A stretch of 64,000 nucleotides of DNA, from contig OZ024758.1 of the NCBI GenBank assembly GCA_964016885.1, forward strand, positions 13,826,001-13,890,000, in the 5' to 3' direction. The translations under genes were made by a program, and so were the position numbers. The notes under the pieces were generated by a model, which was given only the letters and a program-made list of their open reading frames with translations, was not told the DNA's origin and searched no databases. This DNA is from Eledone cirrhosa. Its lineage: Eukaryota. This document shows, piece after piece, positions 28,120 through 42,705 of the stretch; within the stretch, counting starts at the first letter, position 1; every line of letters starts with the position of its first letter.

Positions 28120-28606
28120 AATAATAATAATAATAATTATTATTTCTACTTTTTGGCACAAGGCCAGCAATTATCCCAGTACATTACTGGTACTTTATTT
28201 TATCGATCCCTGTGAGGATGAAAGTTAAAGTTAACATCGGCGGGATTTGAACTCAGATCATAAAGGGTCGTAACTCTATGCTGCAAAGCATGGCGTCTGC
28301 CAATCCACCACCGTTAATAATAATAATAATGCTTTCTTTATTAACCACAAGGGTTTACACAAAGTAGACATTAAGGACAGTATAGGACGGTACAAATGGG
28401 CATAATAATAATAATTGTTTCTATTTTAGGTTTAGGCACAAGGCCAGCAATTACCCAGTACATTACTGGTACTTTATTTTATCGATCCCGTAAGGATGAA
28501 AGGCAAAGTAAACCTCGGCGGGATTTGAACTCAGACCGTAAAGGGACGTAACTATGCTGGAAAGCATGGCGTCCGACCCTCTACCGATACTGCCAATCCA
28601 CCGCCC
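28120..28606 (-). mobile_element. Two Meta-like SINE copies
   Basis: Reverse complement of the family consensus at 28120-28313 and 28410-28606. Confidence 0.85.
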
Positions 28607-29009
28607 TACAAAGATAATAAAGATAATAATAATGATTTTGAGATATAAATAAAGATGAAGAAAAAGTTTCCCTTTTGGCAATAAGCTAATTTCTTTAAAA
28701 ATGGAAACACTGAAAGTGAAGTGAAAGCTTCGTGTATAACTCTGGTTAATTCTTGAAGTCAAATCAGAATGATGTTGTTTTTTTAACTAGGTAGTTTTGT
28801 TATGTGATATCTATTGAGAACAAGTTACAAATGGTGGTTAAAAATATTAATGTCACTTCTGCAATGTCAACTGGAAAAGCTTGAGTGATGAAAAATACCC
28901 TTACGGGGTCGATAAAATAAAGTACCAGTAATGTACTGGGATAATTGCTGGCCTTGTGCCAAAAGTAGAAACAATTATTTCTTATATGGCTACAATAATG
29001 GTTCCTGCG

Positions 29010-29300
29010 GGAATATCAGGTATAGTGTTGGTGAATATCGGGAAGCATGGAAGTTTTGAAGGATGCAGTGTCCCTACAGCTAACAACTGATGTTACCAAA
29101 AATCATGTGAGCTGTACTGTTTTCTGATTTTGTGAGCATGTCCATGGGTGTTAGACACATGGAATTCAAAAAGGTGCTCAGGGTTGTTGTTGGCAAGATG
29201 GTTAATAATTTTGTGATTGTCTACCAAGTCAGTTGCCATAGCAATTGTCAGTGGTAGCATTGTAAAACTGATGCATGTTTGGTTAACATTGCTGAGTTAT
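29010..29300 (-). mobile_element. Degraded CR1/L2-like LINE 3' fragment
   Basis: Minus strand gives HGHAHKIRKQ and SVVSCRDTASFKTSML, resembling the CR1-clade C-terminus (RGH..KL..LP..VV....FK). Confidence 0.5.
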
Positions 29301-30099
29301 TCCTGATCAGAAAAGGAGTTTGCTTTCATCGATCTTATCTAGACAGAAGTCTGGTCTACTTATTGATTAGCAAAATTCAAGTAATTCACTCAATTATTGA
29401 CTAAGGAAGAAAGAAACTATTCTCTCTTTTTTTTTTTCTTTTCAGCTTTTCATCTCTCTATTATCTCTCAAGAAATCTTAAATTTCTTTTCATTTGTACT
29501 GTTTGGAAATGTGCTCTATTTATTTAGAACGAGAAGAAAAATATTTGTTTACCTTTAAAATCTTATTTCCTTCTGATTCTGATAAGATAGTTGATGCAAC
29601 ATCATATTCTATTTTTAAGCTGTGTTTGGGGTAGGAAGCAAACATGCTGAATTTCTCCCAGCCCTAGATGTATATCTAAGTTAATATATTTATCTCAAAG
29701 TTGAAAAACAGATTAACAAGTATTTTATTGAAGGCTATATATTGATGCTGGTTTATACAGCATTAAGCCTTCCATTACTGCCCCCCCCCTCCCCACCTCC
29801 TATACATCTTCACTCTATATCTTGTTATCTGTGAAGCCAATTCTTCTCAAATTTGATCAGTTCATTCTGTTTTCTCCTTGCCCTACCTTAATCTAAGTTA
29901 CCTTCTGCCTGCAGTTCAGGCCTCACCTAGCTGGCTTTTATATACATTACTGTGTATGTATTATTTCTAACACCTCCATAATTTTGCAAAGAACACATAA
30001 AATTTGAAAAGAAAAAGAAATGTTAATAGTTGGACCTGATAGTCACAATAAATGACTATATTCTTAATATACCAAATATCTAGTTCAATACCACCAAGA

Positions 30100-30330
30100 A
30101 CACCACCACCAACAAACACAACACCGCCACCACCAACAAACACAACACCGCCACCACCAACAAACACAACACCGCCACCACCAACAAACACAACACCGCC
30201 ACCACCAACAAACACAACGCCGCCACCACCAACAAACACAACACCGCCACCACCAACAAACACAACACCACCACCAACAAACACAACACCACCACCACCA
30301 ACAAACACAACACCGCCACCACCAACACAA
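30100..30330. repeat. 27-bp minisatellite
   Basis: caccgccaccaccaacaaacacaacac ~8x. Confidence 0.9.
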
Positions 30331-31047
30331 ACACAACACCACTACCACCAAAACAACACCACCACCACTACCAACAACAACAACAACAACCACCACAAGA
30401 GCTGTTAAAAGGGTGAATGAACTCCTCAGTCAACAGCCATCCACCCCAATTATAGGTTAAACAGCCTCACCAAACCCCAATTGGCCAAGCATGGTGAGTA
30501 TGTCTGCACCCGTACCCTGCATACATGACCAAAACCAAATAGAAAGCGATGGAGGTCTACCAACAGCAGTGCGAAAGCCCTGGATTGGATTGGAGTTAAT
30601 TTAAGAGAAAACTTAAATGCTAGTGAGTTGAAAAATTAAGTGAGCTTCAATAGACAAGATGCATTGTGGGTGAAAATTGTAACACAGTACAAGTTACTGA
30701 TGGAAAGAACCCGTCTTATCAGTTGATCAAGGAATTTTGAGAATGAATTAGTTAAACCAGACTTAATGTATTTTATGTCTCAAAAGATATTATGATTGAG
30801 CTTAAGATTAAAACCAAAATTGTTATTGTTTATATAAAACCAAAATATTGTATTTTGATATAACCTAAATTCAAGAATGAATGCTTTATGAAATAAAAAG
30901 ATACAGTATTTTTATTTTGTAACTTTAATTGGTATAATTCTTTCCATTTTCTCTCCTTCCTGTCATTGGTTGTATCGTTTTATCACTGTTTTGTGTTGGC
31001 AGTCATCTTTGCAAACATTTGATTCCCATTAGATTACTCAGTTCCAA

Positions 31048-31080
<33 letters not shown>

Positions 31081-31223
31081 ATATATTTATATATATATAT
31101 ATTTATTTATATTTATATATTTATATATATATATATTTATTTATATATTTATATATATATATATTTATTTATATATTTATATATATATATATTTATTTAT
31201 ATATATATATATTTATTTATATT

Positions 31224-31255
<32 letters not shown>

Positions 31256-31405
31256 AATGAAAGGTATAGAAAGTATTGTAGCAAGAAGCCAACAGTATTA
31301 TATATTTATATATATATATATAACAGTATATATTTATATATATTTATATATATATTTATATATTTATATATATTTATATATATTTATATATATAAATATA
31401 TATAA

Positions 31406-31555
31406 CGCGATGCGTTATGTCCTTGAGCAAGACACTTTATTTCACGTTGCTCCTTCTACCCTGAGTTGCGACCGATAGATAGTACTAGCAACTGGAAAGA
31501 CCGACGAAAACATTGTTTCCTCGGTCCGATTTGACAAAAGTTGATCGTTCCTTTT
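31406..31555 (+). mobile_element. 5'-truncated CORE-like SINE, tail type 2
   Basis: Matches the reverse complement of 46507-46655. Confidence 0.8.
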
Positions 31556-31636
31556 TTTTTTATATATAGTAAAAAATTGAACGGGAACGAAACAGAGAGG
31601 CAGTACGAACAAAGGTTTATTAGTTTCACGCTCTTG

Positions 31637-31678
<42 letters not shown>

Positions 31679-31878
31679 ATACTTGGGGAGGGTCATATTT
31701 GTGTAGTAATATTGCCAGAATTAATAACAGAACACACTCACTGTTTGGTTGGTTTTCGCTTCTGTGTCTTTTATATCGGTTAATTTAATTTATTCGGTCC
31801 TCAATGTTGCCATTGACTGACCAACGGTCAAAAATACAGATAAAATATAGACATAAACACATATATATATATATATTC

Positions 31879-31921
31879 TAACAAAGTTCTTTCGTTGCAC
31901 ATCTGCAACAACATCAGTGGT
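31879..31921 (-). ncRNA. Degenerate minimal hammerhead motif
   Basis: CTGATGT-T-[GTTGCA gatg TGCAAC]-GAAA-G aa C-TT; core A9 is mutated and stem I is weak; in a (TA)n-flanked unit. Confidence 0.45.
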
Positions 31922-32486
31922 GCTATTATGTTTCCTCCCGTTGCCTTGTATGCCTACGTCCTCTTTATTTAGTCTGTTTATTTATATATATATATATATA
32001 TATACTAAGCTGCAAGTTAAAAACTCCATTTGTGTTCTTGCAATTTAGTATACTCTAAACTATTGACAGATGTGACTTAGTTCCAATTCATGACATAGGA
32101 AGATAGATTTTACTTCTGGCTAAATTTCTCTGAAAAATTTCATGTTAGTTGATGGAATTGACAGAGTAGAATATTCTGAATACGTTGATGGTCATTAGTT
32201 GGATTGTCTTTTGAACAATCTCACCTTGTAATCAAGCTGAATAAAACATAAAATACTAACCTCCTACTAATTCCAGATATGATGCATAGATACTGTTTCT
32301 AAGTAATAACTAGATACATCAAACTAATGTTTTCATTGTCACTGTTATTTTTATTAGTAGTATTGCCTTTACTTGTGTGATTGTAGTCATTATCATTAAT
32401 GTTAGAATCTTCCCCAGTTCTGCTGTCACCAGTCATTAGTACTATCAGTGGTGAAATCATTGCTACTAGTGGTAGTAGTAGCAGTA

Positions 32487-32536
<50 letters not shown>

Positions 32537-32692
32537 GGTAGTGGTGTAGTAATGAAACATGGCTGAAGAATGCACCCAGTACACTCTGTAAAATGGTAAC
32601 ATTTAGAAGAGTGTCAATCTTCCCCAGTTCTGCTGTCACCACAATCATTAGTACTATCAGTGGTGGAATCATTGCTACTAGTGGTAGTAGTG

Positions 32693-32730
<38 letters not shown>

Positions 32731-33768
32731 GGTGGTGTAATGAAACATGGCTGAAGAATGCACCCAGTACACTCTGTAAAATGGTAACATTTAGAAGAGT
32801 GTCAATCTTCCCCAGTTCTGCTGTCACCACAATCATTAGTACTATCAGTGGTGGAATCATTGCTACTAGTGGTAGTAGTGGTAGTAGTACTATCAGTGGT
32901 GGAATCATTGCTACTAGTGGTAGTAGTGGTAGTAGTGGTAGTGGTGGTAGTAGTACTATCAGTGTTGGAATCATTGCTACTACTTTAACTCAGCTGTAAG
33001 GTCAGCTCATCCTTTAATGTTTTCTCAGCAATCTCCTATAACATCAGTCTGCTTCAACTGAGACTATTGAATAGATTGACAGTAGAATCAGTAGAGCATT
33101 GGTCACCGTGCTGTAGTGAAATGACAAATAAGTGAAACAAAGCAAAAATATAAACAGCCAAATTGAAATCGTCTAAAGCTAAAAATGAAATAAAATAAAA
33201 TAAAATACAATAAAATAAACGCAAAAATCCCCCTCAAGGTCAGCTCACCCTCAAATATTTTCTCAGCCATCTCCCTATAACATTAGTCTGCTTCAACTGA
33301 AATTACTGAGTGGACTGGTGGTAGGATCGGTAGGGCATCGGACACCATACTGAAGAGAAACTCTTTAAAATTTATATACACATTATGTACACAATACATT
33401 TCCGATAATTTTCAAGTGGCTTCTATAACATGTTCCCAAATCAGAAAGTTCTAGATTCTAACCCCCTAAATTAGTCGCTGTAAATAGTTATTTCTCTAAA
33501 TTTTACTCCTACATTCAATCCTGGGCAAATAACTGAAACAAAGCAAAAATATAAGCAATGAAATCCAAATCTCCTGAAGTTAAAAATAAAATAAAATACA
33601 ATAAAATAAGACGCATAAAAATGTCCCTGAGAAGAATATATGTGTAGGAGCATGTGATGACATGTATTGTAATCTTTTAGAGAAACATTACAAGTTGTTT
33701 AACCACCAGTAAAGTGGGCTCTGGTTGACATCTGTAGACACCAGAAGACAGTTACTCTTTTGCTTTAA

Positions 33769-33987
33769 CCCTTTAATGTTCAAACTGGCCAAAACCGGCC
33801 AGAATTCTCTACCTCTTTCTGTTGAAACTGGCTGTAACTGGTTGCTCAAACTGGTGTTAAGGTATTGATCTCAAAATAAATACTTTCAAAATCTCATAGA
33901 TTCAGTATTATGTGAGATATTATGTGAGGTAAAGCCTTTACCATGAAAATACGATAGTATATATAGAGTCATGTGAATGCTAAAGGG
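33769..33987. mobile_element. piggyBac-type MITE, same family
   Basis: TTAA-CCCTTTAA ... GCTAAAGGG-TTAA; internal sequence matches 61851-62071. Confidence 0.85.
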
Positions 33988-34034
33988 TTAAGAAGGGAAT
34001 AGTGGCTGGGTGTGTGTGGCAGGTGTTTTCTGAA

Positions 34035-34312
34035 CTACCACCTTACAGAGTGGACTGGGTGTATTTTTATCCTGTCACCAGTACTATCACTTCACAGAGG
34101 GGACTGGGTGTATTTTTATCATGACACCAGTACTACCACCTTACAGAGTGGACTGGGTGTATTTTTATCCTGTCACCAGTACTATCACTTCACAGAGGGG
34201 ACTGGGTGTATTTTTATCATGTCACCAGTACTACCACCTTACAGAGTGTACTAGGTGTATTTTTATCATCTCACCAGTACTACCACCTTACAGAGTGTAC
34301 TAGGTGTATTTT
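34035..34312. repeat. ~47-bp tandem array derived from the RTE 3'UTR repeat
   Basis: taccaccttacagagtggactgggtgtatttttatcatgtcaccagtac ~6x. Confidence 0.8.
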
Positions 34313-34997
34313 ATTTTCAATCAGGAACCACATGCAGCTTCCCTCATAATCTGTGTTAGGAATAGCTGAGTATATGTTATGTTCTCACTTATCTGACTTT
34401 CCCCAATTTAAAATAGTGTCCCAAAAGTCACTAGACAATTTTATACAAATATATATAATTGTCTAGTGACTTTGTGGACAGCCTGTATGTAATGTGTCTG
34501 TGTGTGTTTAGGAGTAGATGTGTATAGCCTATATGTAATGTGTGTGTGTGTAGGAGTAGATGTGTAATGTGTATAGCCTGTGTGTCCTGTATTCTAAGTT
34601 TTTCCAATTGAAACATTTGTAGATGAGGAAGAAGAGAGGTGTATGATATCAACTTGTGAATGTCTATATCAATTGTTTGCCGTTGTACAATAGTTATATC
34701 TTTGTATACTTACAGAGTGTAAATATCATCCTATCTAGTAGATATTGATTGTCACTCATATTTTTAGCCGAGAGGAGAAGTTTTATTATTTACTAATAAT
34801 GGAAGTGAAACGGGACTAAATTGGAAGTCTTGGGGAAACTAAACAGTGAAGCTTTCCTATTACTTTACATTCTCAAACTTAATATGAACATAATTTTAAC
34901 TTTTCAATCAGGGTCTATTTTAGGAGAAAAATGTTAGAATTCTCTTCTTCTATTCACAGCACACTGACATAAGTATTATACATATTTTTGGGTTGTA

Positions 34998-35580
34998 CTG
35001 GTGCCATGACAAGAAAGAAAAATCAACTAGCCCACTCTGTAAAGTAATAGTGCCGATGCCTCAAGAAAACCACCCAGTCCACCCTTTAAAGTAGTAGTGC
35101 TGGTGCCACGAGAAAACCATCCAGTCCACCCTGTGAAATAGTAAAAATAGAAGTGCTGGTGCCATGAAAAAAGCACTCAGTCCACCCTATAAAATAGTAG
35201 TGCTGGTGCCTCAAAAAACCATCCAGTCCACTGTGTAAAATAGTAGTGCTGGTGCCACGAAAAAACACCCAGTGCACCCTGTAAAGTAGTACTGATGGTG
35301 CCACAAAAAAAAAAAAAACACCCAGTATACCCTTTAAAGTAGTAGTGCTGGTGCCACGAAAAATGAACCCAGTGCATACTGAAAAGTGGTTGGCATTAGT
35401 TAGGGCATCCAACCTTAGAAAACCAAGCAACTCCCCCCGCCAAAAAAAAAAAAAGATTGTATGAAGAAGACATGTTAACTTGACCTGTCTAACCTCATTT
35501 CCTTACATGACAGCCCCTCTAACCCATGCTAGCATGGCAAATAGAGGTTAAGATGTAATGATGATGATGATGGTGATGGC
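34998..35580 (+). mobile_element. Old RTE 3'UTR with expanded ~48-bp internal repeat
   Basis: About 8 copies of cacccagtccaccctgtaaagtagtagtgctggtgccacgaaaaa, then tagggcatccaac..ctaacccatgctagcatgg..(GAT)n. Confidence 0.75.
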
Positions 35581-37478
35581 GATGATGCTGATGATGATGC
35601 TGGTGCTGATGTTGATGTTGATGATGATTGAACATGTTGGAAGCCATTGCTGAAAGCCACATGTGAGTTCAAGAAAGCCTGAACAGTTGGTATCTCAACT
35701 GAAGCCACAATTCACCAATAACTCTGTTATTTCTCTGCCAGAATTGGTCTCATCAATCGTCGACAGGCACATAAAAGCCAATTGTATTATAACCAATCAT
35801 TGTCTTCATTGGTCATCAATAGATGATCTCTCACACACAACTACAGGTTTATAGGAAACTGGGGTATTGTCAACTATATTGATCTCTGTCACTCTTCCTC
35901 TCACACTCCCTCTCTCCATCTCTCACACTCCCCCTCTCCATCTCTCACTCTCTCTCTCCCCCTCTCTCACACACAACTACAGGTTTATAGGAGAGCGGTG
36001 CATTGTCAACTATATTGAACTCTCTCACTCTCCCCCTCTCACACTCCCTCTCTCCATCTCTCACTCTCCCTCTCTCCATCTCTCACTCTCCCCCTCTCCA
36101 TCTCTCATTCTTCCTCTCTCCCTCCCTATCATTCTCTCTCAATTGATAAAAAAAACATGTTCACCCTATCTCTCTCTCTCTCTCTCTCTCAATTGATAAA
36201 AGACATGTTCTCCCTATCTCTCTCTCTCCCTCCCTATCTCTATCTCTCTCCCTCCCTCTCAATTGATAAAAGACATCTTCACCCCCTCTCTCCTCTACCC
36301 TTCCCTCACAATTGATAAAAAAACATGTTTTAATTGTTGAAACCACTGGTTGAAATATCAACATTTTAATCATATCTCAAAAGGAGTAAAAATGATAAAT
36401 AAAAGTAATTATGTTAATTTCTAACTTTAAATTATTGAATTCCTAGGAATCGTAACTTTTGTTAATCACTTGTGAATTCAAAATTATTATTCTATAATAA
36501 AGTAATTTTGTTTTTAATCTAATGAAATAGAAATATATTCTCTCCTGAATTTAGTTAAGAAACTGCTTCAGTTTAATAAAACTGATATGGAAATAAAATT
36601 GCTTTTCACCAGTTTATTTATTATTATTATCATTATTTTTTAGATTACTTATATAATAATTTTAACCATAAATATTCATGCAAGCCAAGAAAGTTTTCTA
36701 AAATATCTGAGGTTGTAATTTTTTCAGACTATTAAACTCATCTTTATAGACGAAAGATTGTATTTAATATTTACATCTATTCTAGATTTCAATCAATTCA
36801 ATTTCCGATTGTCATAAAATAAATTAGAAACCTTTTCAGATGTAGGCATATGGAAGAAGACTTTGGGGAATATTCTAAACAGAACACCAAAACCAATGAT
36901 GGAAGTTAGAAAAAAAAAAAAAGAAGTGGCAAATAAACTAAGGAAATTTTATTAGATGCCATCAAAGAGAAAACTAAAATATTTTGTACATCTAATTAGA
37001 AAAGATAGTTTACTGTGACTATTAATAGAATGGCAAATGAATAGGAAGAAGTGGTGGTGTGGGTGGCAGGGTGCTAAAAGCCAAATAAATGGGAAGTGGT
37101 GGTGGTATGGTGGTGGTGGCAGTGTGAGTGAGGGGGGGGGGGGGAGTGCCAAGAGTTATGTGGCTGGATAATATCAATAATTGGACAGGCTTGAAATACA
37201 GTGAATGTAAAAAGGACAGTAGGGAAAAAAATAAATAAATGAATAAATAAATAAAAAAAATAATAAAATGCTGCTGAGATGACACATGATGATGATAAAT
37301 AATGTTAGTCAGGTGTTTTATTTGTAGATGTGTAAACAGTACCTGACTAGTGGGTGAATAATGACATTATTCAACCATACTTTATAAATCTGTGTGTATA
37401 GGTATGTATATATCATCAGCAGCATCATCATCGTTTAACGGCCATCTTCCACGCTAGCATGGGTTAGACATATATATA

Positions 37479-37670
37479 ATATATAGAAATGGCTTCTACA
37501 GGACTAGAACTGTTTCATTCGGAGAAATTCCTGATGGTTTCCTGAGAATGAAACAGTTCTAGTCCTGTAGAAGACATTTGTATATTAAATATTTATACTC
37601 TGCTATGTATTGAGTACCTTACTTACTGTGGTTACCCCCAATTGAACCCGGGATAAACAACGTTTTGTTC
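37479..37670 (+). mobile_element. Penelope-like fold-back unit, family H2
   Basis: ~45-bp inverted arms + tail tatactctgctatgtattgagtaccttacttactgtggttacc; same tail at 60453-60530 and ~48950-49010. Confidence 0.7.
37528..37572 (+). ncRNA. Hammerhead motif, family H2 (core A9>G)
   Basis: TTC-CTGATGG-[tTTC ctga GAAt]-GAAA-CAG ttctagtc CTG-TA/GAA. Confidence 0.6.
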
Positions 37671-38268
37671 TCTACATAAGGAGAAATATATATATATATA
37701 TATATATATGAAAAAATGGGGAGAAGAATACTGCAGGTTGCACATGGATAACATGTTATAAAATGAGTCCCTCATCAGTGATTTGCCGATGATCATAGAT
37801 ATTTCATTGCATTAAAAATCATATACCTCACGTCGGTGCAATAATAACTAAATTAAGTTATTAGGACAATTAAAACGCGTAAAGCGAGTGAGACAAGTAA
37901 ACAACAAAGAGGAAAGCTAACCGTAGAGAGGAAGGGAACAAGCTACATAGTTATTCTGTTAGCATAAGCTAGGTGAATATATGAGCACTTAGAAAAAAGA
38001 CCTTTCGAGATGAATCCATATATATATATATGAATTTTCAAAAGCTGTGGTCTTGTCACTGGTATTCTTAACAACATAGAGAGACCATTCTGACAACACT
38101 GTTCTGAATTTTTATCACTGCTAAGACAAAATAAATTGAAAGGTTACAGTTTTTTTTTTTTTTGCTTATGAACATGAGCTGATGATGCTCATTTACATAC
38201 AGTGCAAAAGCTGGGAGGCTCAAATTAATGAGCTGTAGTAATGCTCTGACACAGCATTAAATGTAAAT

Positions 38269-38455
38269 GCGGTGAATTGGCAGTATCAGTAGAGGGTCGG
38301 ACGCCATGCTTTCCAGCATAGTTACGTCGCTTTACAATCTGAGTTCAAATCCCGCCGAGGTTGACTTTGCCTTTCATCCTTACGGGGTCAATAAAATAAA
38401 GTGCCAGTAATGCACTGGGTAATTGCTGGCCTTGTGCCTAAAGTAGAAACAATTA
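38269..38455 (+). mobile_element. Meta-like SINE (full length)
   Basis: Family consensus match with A/B boxes. Confidence 0.88.
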
Positions 38456-38655
38456 AATGTAAATGGGGTTATATATTGCAGTATATACAAAACGTTTATG
38501 TATTATAAACATCCTTTTAGTGCAATATATATATACTCTACATCATTTTATTAGAACCTGAAATTTGATATAAAATTTAGACATTCTATTTACCTTATAC
38601 ATTGAATACCCCTCCCTCCCCCCTCTCTCTGTAAGAGAGATGTGATGTCTATATG

Positions 38656-38689
<34 letters not shown>

Positions 38690-38877
38690 AGGGAGATACG
38701 ATTGTGCGTGTATATGTGTGTATATGTATATATAAGGAAGATGTGATTGTACATTAGTTTGTGTGCATGTGTGTGTGTGTGTGTATATATGTATATATAT
38801 GTGTGTGTGTGTGTGTGTGTGAGGAAGATATGATTGTACATTTGTTTGTGTGTGGTGTGTGTATAAATGTGTTTGTC

Positions 38878-38913
<36 letters not shown>

Positions 38914-39091
38914 AGGGAGATACGATTGTGCGTGTATATGTGTGTATATGTATATATATAAGGAAGATGTGATTGTACATTAGTTTGTGTGTGGTATGTG
39001 TATATAAATGTGTTTATGTCTCTCTCTATATATATATATGTGTGTGTGTGTGTGTGAGGAAGATGTGATTATTCATTTATTTATATGGCCA

Positions 39092-39131
<40 letters not shown>

Positions 39132-39211
39132 ATGTGTATATATATGTGTGAGGAAGATGTGATTGTATGTGAGTGTGTGTTATTATATCACACAGATGCA
39201 CACATGCCTAT

Positions 39212-39556
39212 ATCATCATCATCATCATCATCATTTTACGTCCGCTTTTCCCTGCTTGCAAGGGTGGGACGGGAACTGATTCTGGCTTGATTTCTACAGC
39301 TGGATGCCCTTCCTAACACCAACCTCATTTACAGTGAGTGCTGGGTGCTTTTTTGCCGTGGCACCTCCACGACCACTTTGCAGTGGAATGATAGGGACCC
39401 CAGTCCCTAGCATCTCATTTCTACAGCTGAGTAAACTGGAGCAATGTGAAATAAAGTGTCTTGCTCAAGGAAACAACACATCACCCGGTCTGAGAATTGA
39501 ATTCACAACCTTTCAATTGCAAGGCCAATGCTCTAACCACTAAGCCATGTGCCTCC
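39212..39556 (-). mobile_element. CORE-like SINE with RTE tail (full length)
   Basis: Reverse complement of 25791-26122. Confidence 0.9.
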
Positions 39557-39821
39557 ATATATGTGATATATATGTGAATCAATTGAAACTATTATGAGTA
39601 CATGATGTTTATAGGGGAAGTGAGGTAAAATCTATATGTAAAGTTTCTCTCCCAGATAACCTACATTTCACACTACTCTATCATGTCATTTCATTGACAA
39701 AATATATCATTTGAATAGTATATATATATATATATACATACATATATATATATGTTTGTGTATGTATGTATATATGTATGTATATATGTACGTGTATATG
39801 TATTTATATATATATGTCAGC

Positions 39822-39862
<41 letters not shown>

Positions 39863-39946
39863 AATGCTGACAGCTATGAACTTCAAAGGTTTAACAATTG
39901 TTAGCTTAAGAAGTTTATATTCATCAAAATTCAGTTTGAATTTTGC

Positions 39947-40008
<62 letters not shown>

Positions 40009-40338
40009 CCTTTTTTATTTGTTTTATTCATGGATTGTTGTTGTTTTCACTGTCATGTCAAAGACTTTGCTGACATCAACTATTTTTTTTTTTTTTTATG
40101 TTTCTTTGAAATAATCCAAATTTCCTTCTGCTGAATGTGTAAAACTGAAGTTTATTCCTTTTCAATTCCTTTTCATGTTTGGTTTCATTTGTTTTGTTTG
40201 TTTTGCACCTTTTTTTTTTACCTCTTAGCATTTTCTAAAATTCTATTTAGAGTTCATCAAAAACAATATTAGAAAAGAAACGTAAATGTCATTATAACCT
40301 TAACATTGACCATCTTTAGCTATTATAGTTACATTTAA

Positions 40339-40703
40339 CCCTTTAGCATTTACATTACTCTCTATATACTATCATATTTTCACAGTAAACCCTTTACCTC
40401 ACATAATATCTCTCATAGCATTTACATTACTCTATATATACTATCATATTTTCACAGTAAACCCTTTATCTCACATAATATCTCACATAACATTTACATT
40501 ACTCTATATTTACTATTGTATTTTCATGGTAAAGGCTTTATCTCAACATAATATCTCACATAATATCAAACCTATGAGATTTTGATATTCTTTATTTTGA
40601 AAAAACTACCTTAACATAAGTATGATTGGCCAGATACAGCTGGTTTGTACAGAAAGAGGTGACAGAATTCTGACTGGATATGGCTAGTTTAAATGCTAAA
40701 GGG
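40339..40703. mobile_element. piggyBac-type MITE, same family, with two extra 72-bp units
   Basis: TTAA-CCCTTTAGCATTTA ... TAAATGCTAAAGGG-TTAA; 365 bp versus ~220 bp for the other copies. Confidence 0.88.
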
Positions 40704-41715
40704 TTAAACTCCATTCTATATTTTTATGGCTTCAAGGGATGTATGTTGATATGTTTTAAAACTCCTTCTTGTTTCTGGTGAATTGGTAGAATCATTGGAG
40801 CGTCAGATAGAATGTTCTGCAGTATTGGTTTTGGCTGCCAACTCTCTCCCTTCAAATCCAAATTGTTTTGGTGTACGACATTCAGTACACCAGGCATCGA
40901 ATTTGGTAGAGTCGTTAAAACATTAGCTAGAATGCTTTGCAGTATTTGTTTTGGCTCTCTGATCTCTGATTTCAAATCTGCCAAGGTCAACTGCTCCGTT
41001 TATGTTTAATCATTTGATCAATTGAATCCGTGCTTCAGGTTCACTGAAGGTGATCTGTTCAAGGAACAAGTAATCAACAAGAACAATTCTTTAAGTTGTG
41101 TATTATTATTGTCATTACCATTTTATGAGTTCAAATCATACTGAGGTCAACTTTGCCTTTCATTCTTTCAAGGTCGATAAATAAAGTACTGTCTCATACT
41201 TTATATCTCTTCCTCTATATCTCTTTCTCACTTCCTTTATTTCACTTTCTCTATACTTCTCTGAAAGAAATCTGGTGTGTTCAGACCTGGAGAGGAGATA
41301 GGTTCCGCCAGGTTTAAAATGTCCAAGAAATGCCGTATGTCACCTTTATGGCTACATCAGGATGCTGTGCTGAGGAGGACCTGTCAAACCCATACAAGCA
41401 TGGAACAACAGACGTAAAATAGTGATAATGATGATGATGATGGATGGCACAAAACTATGGCTGAATAACTTTCTGATAATATCTACCTTGTGTATAAAAT
41501 GGTTTTATTTTGATGCAATACCTTAGCATATTTATTTGTTTAAAAATAAAAAAAATCCCAAAGGATTTAAATCTTCAAAAAGAGCAAGTAACAGCTTTTG
41601 TTTCCCTAATGTGAAAAGTCTGATGGGAAAAAGTAAAACTCGTTTGTGTTCTAAAGATGTCAAAAGTTTACCTGTTCATTACTTGGCTAATACAAATGTG
41701 TGGATAGCAAGTTTA

Positions 41716-41895
41716 TCATCATCATCATTTCACGTCTGCTTTTCCCTGCCTGCAAGAGTGAGATAAGTTCTCTTCAGCACAGCATCTCTCCATTCATCAC
41801 CGTCCCTTGTCATCTCCTCTGTGAGCTTCAAAGATCTAAGGTTAGCTCTCACCACCTCCACCCATGTTTTTTGTGTTCTTCCTCTACTGCGTCCA
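41716..41895 (-). mobile_element. RTE C-terminal/3' fragment
   Basis: Minus strand translates SRGRTQKTWVEVVRANLRSLKLTEEMTRDGDEWRDAV, followed by (GAT)n. Confidence 0.75.
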
Positions 41896-42474
41896 TTATT
41901 TTTAATAATTGGTTATAGAAATGGAATTAGGAATGATAGCACCAAACTGTCCTATTAGTTGACTGTACACAGAAATAATTTGGCATTAAAGAACATCAAA
42001 GCAATTCTCTTGTCTTCAAACACTACATTACTAATTGAACTATGGGACTAGAGCACCATACAAAATTTAGGGGTTTATTATCAAAAATAAATTTGTACAA
42101 GAATTTTAACAGAATCCAATACTCAAAGCCAGATTGATGCAACTATAATTGTAAAATAAATTTCCCTTCATGATTCATGTCACATGTTAGTAATGTTGGG
42201 GAAGCAAGTCTTGGAGAGAACTATTCAAAATTGTTTGAAATATGGTGTTTTTCTTCTTCTAAAATCAGTGCAGAAACTCTTGTTAACAAGGAATTCAAGT
42301 TTATTACAAATTGATTTCTTAATAGAACCCTGGTTAATATAAAAAGGTTTTGAAAATTGGTTGTCTATTCATGGCAAAGTTAAAAGGAGGAGTTGGAAAT
42401 ATGTTAAATAGTTACTAATGTAGATTTTACTAAATAAAAAGAGAATGGACCAAACCTAGAGGAAATTTCAGAAA

Positions 42475-42705
42475 CCCCTCTAGCTACAGCTAAAATGTAA
42501 GGATCTCCTCCAGCTAGAGCTAAAATATAAGAAACTCCTAGCTAGAGCTAAAATATAAGAAACTCCTCTAGCTAGAGCTAAACTATAAGAAACTCCTCTA
42601 GCTAGAGCTAATAGGAAACAACTCCAGCTAAAATATAGGAAACTCCTCCAGCTAGTGTTAAAATATAAGGAACTCCTCCATCTGGAGCTAAAATATAAGA
42701 ATCTC
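42475..42705. repeat. ~30-bp minisatellite
   Basis: ctagctagagctaaaatataagaaactcct. Confidence 0.85.

Noticed and set aside
30405-30600. Possible degraded LINE 3' end (DRKRWRS-like)
   Set aside because: Similarity too weak to support by eye.
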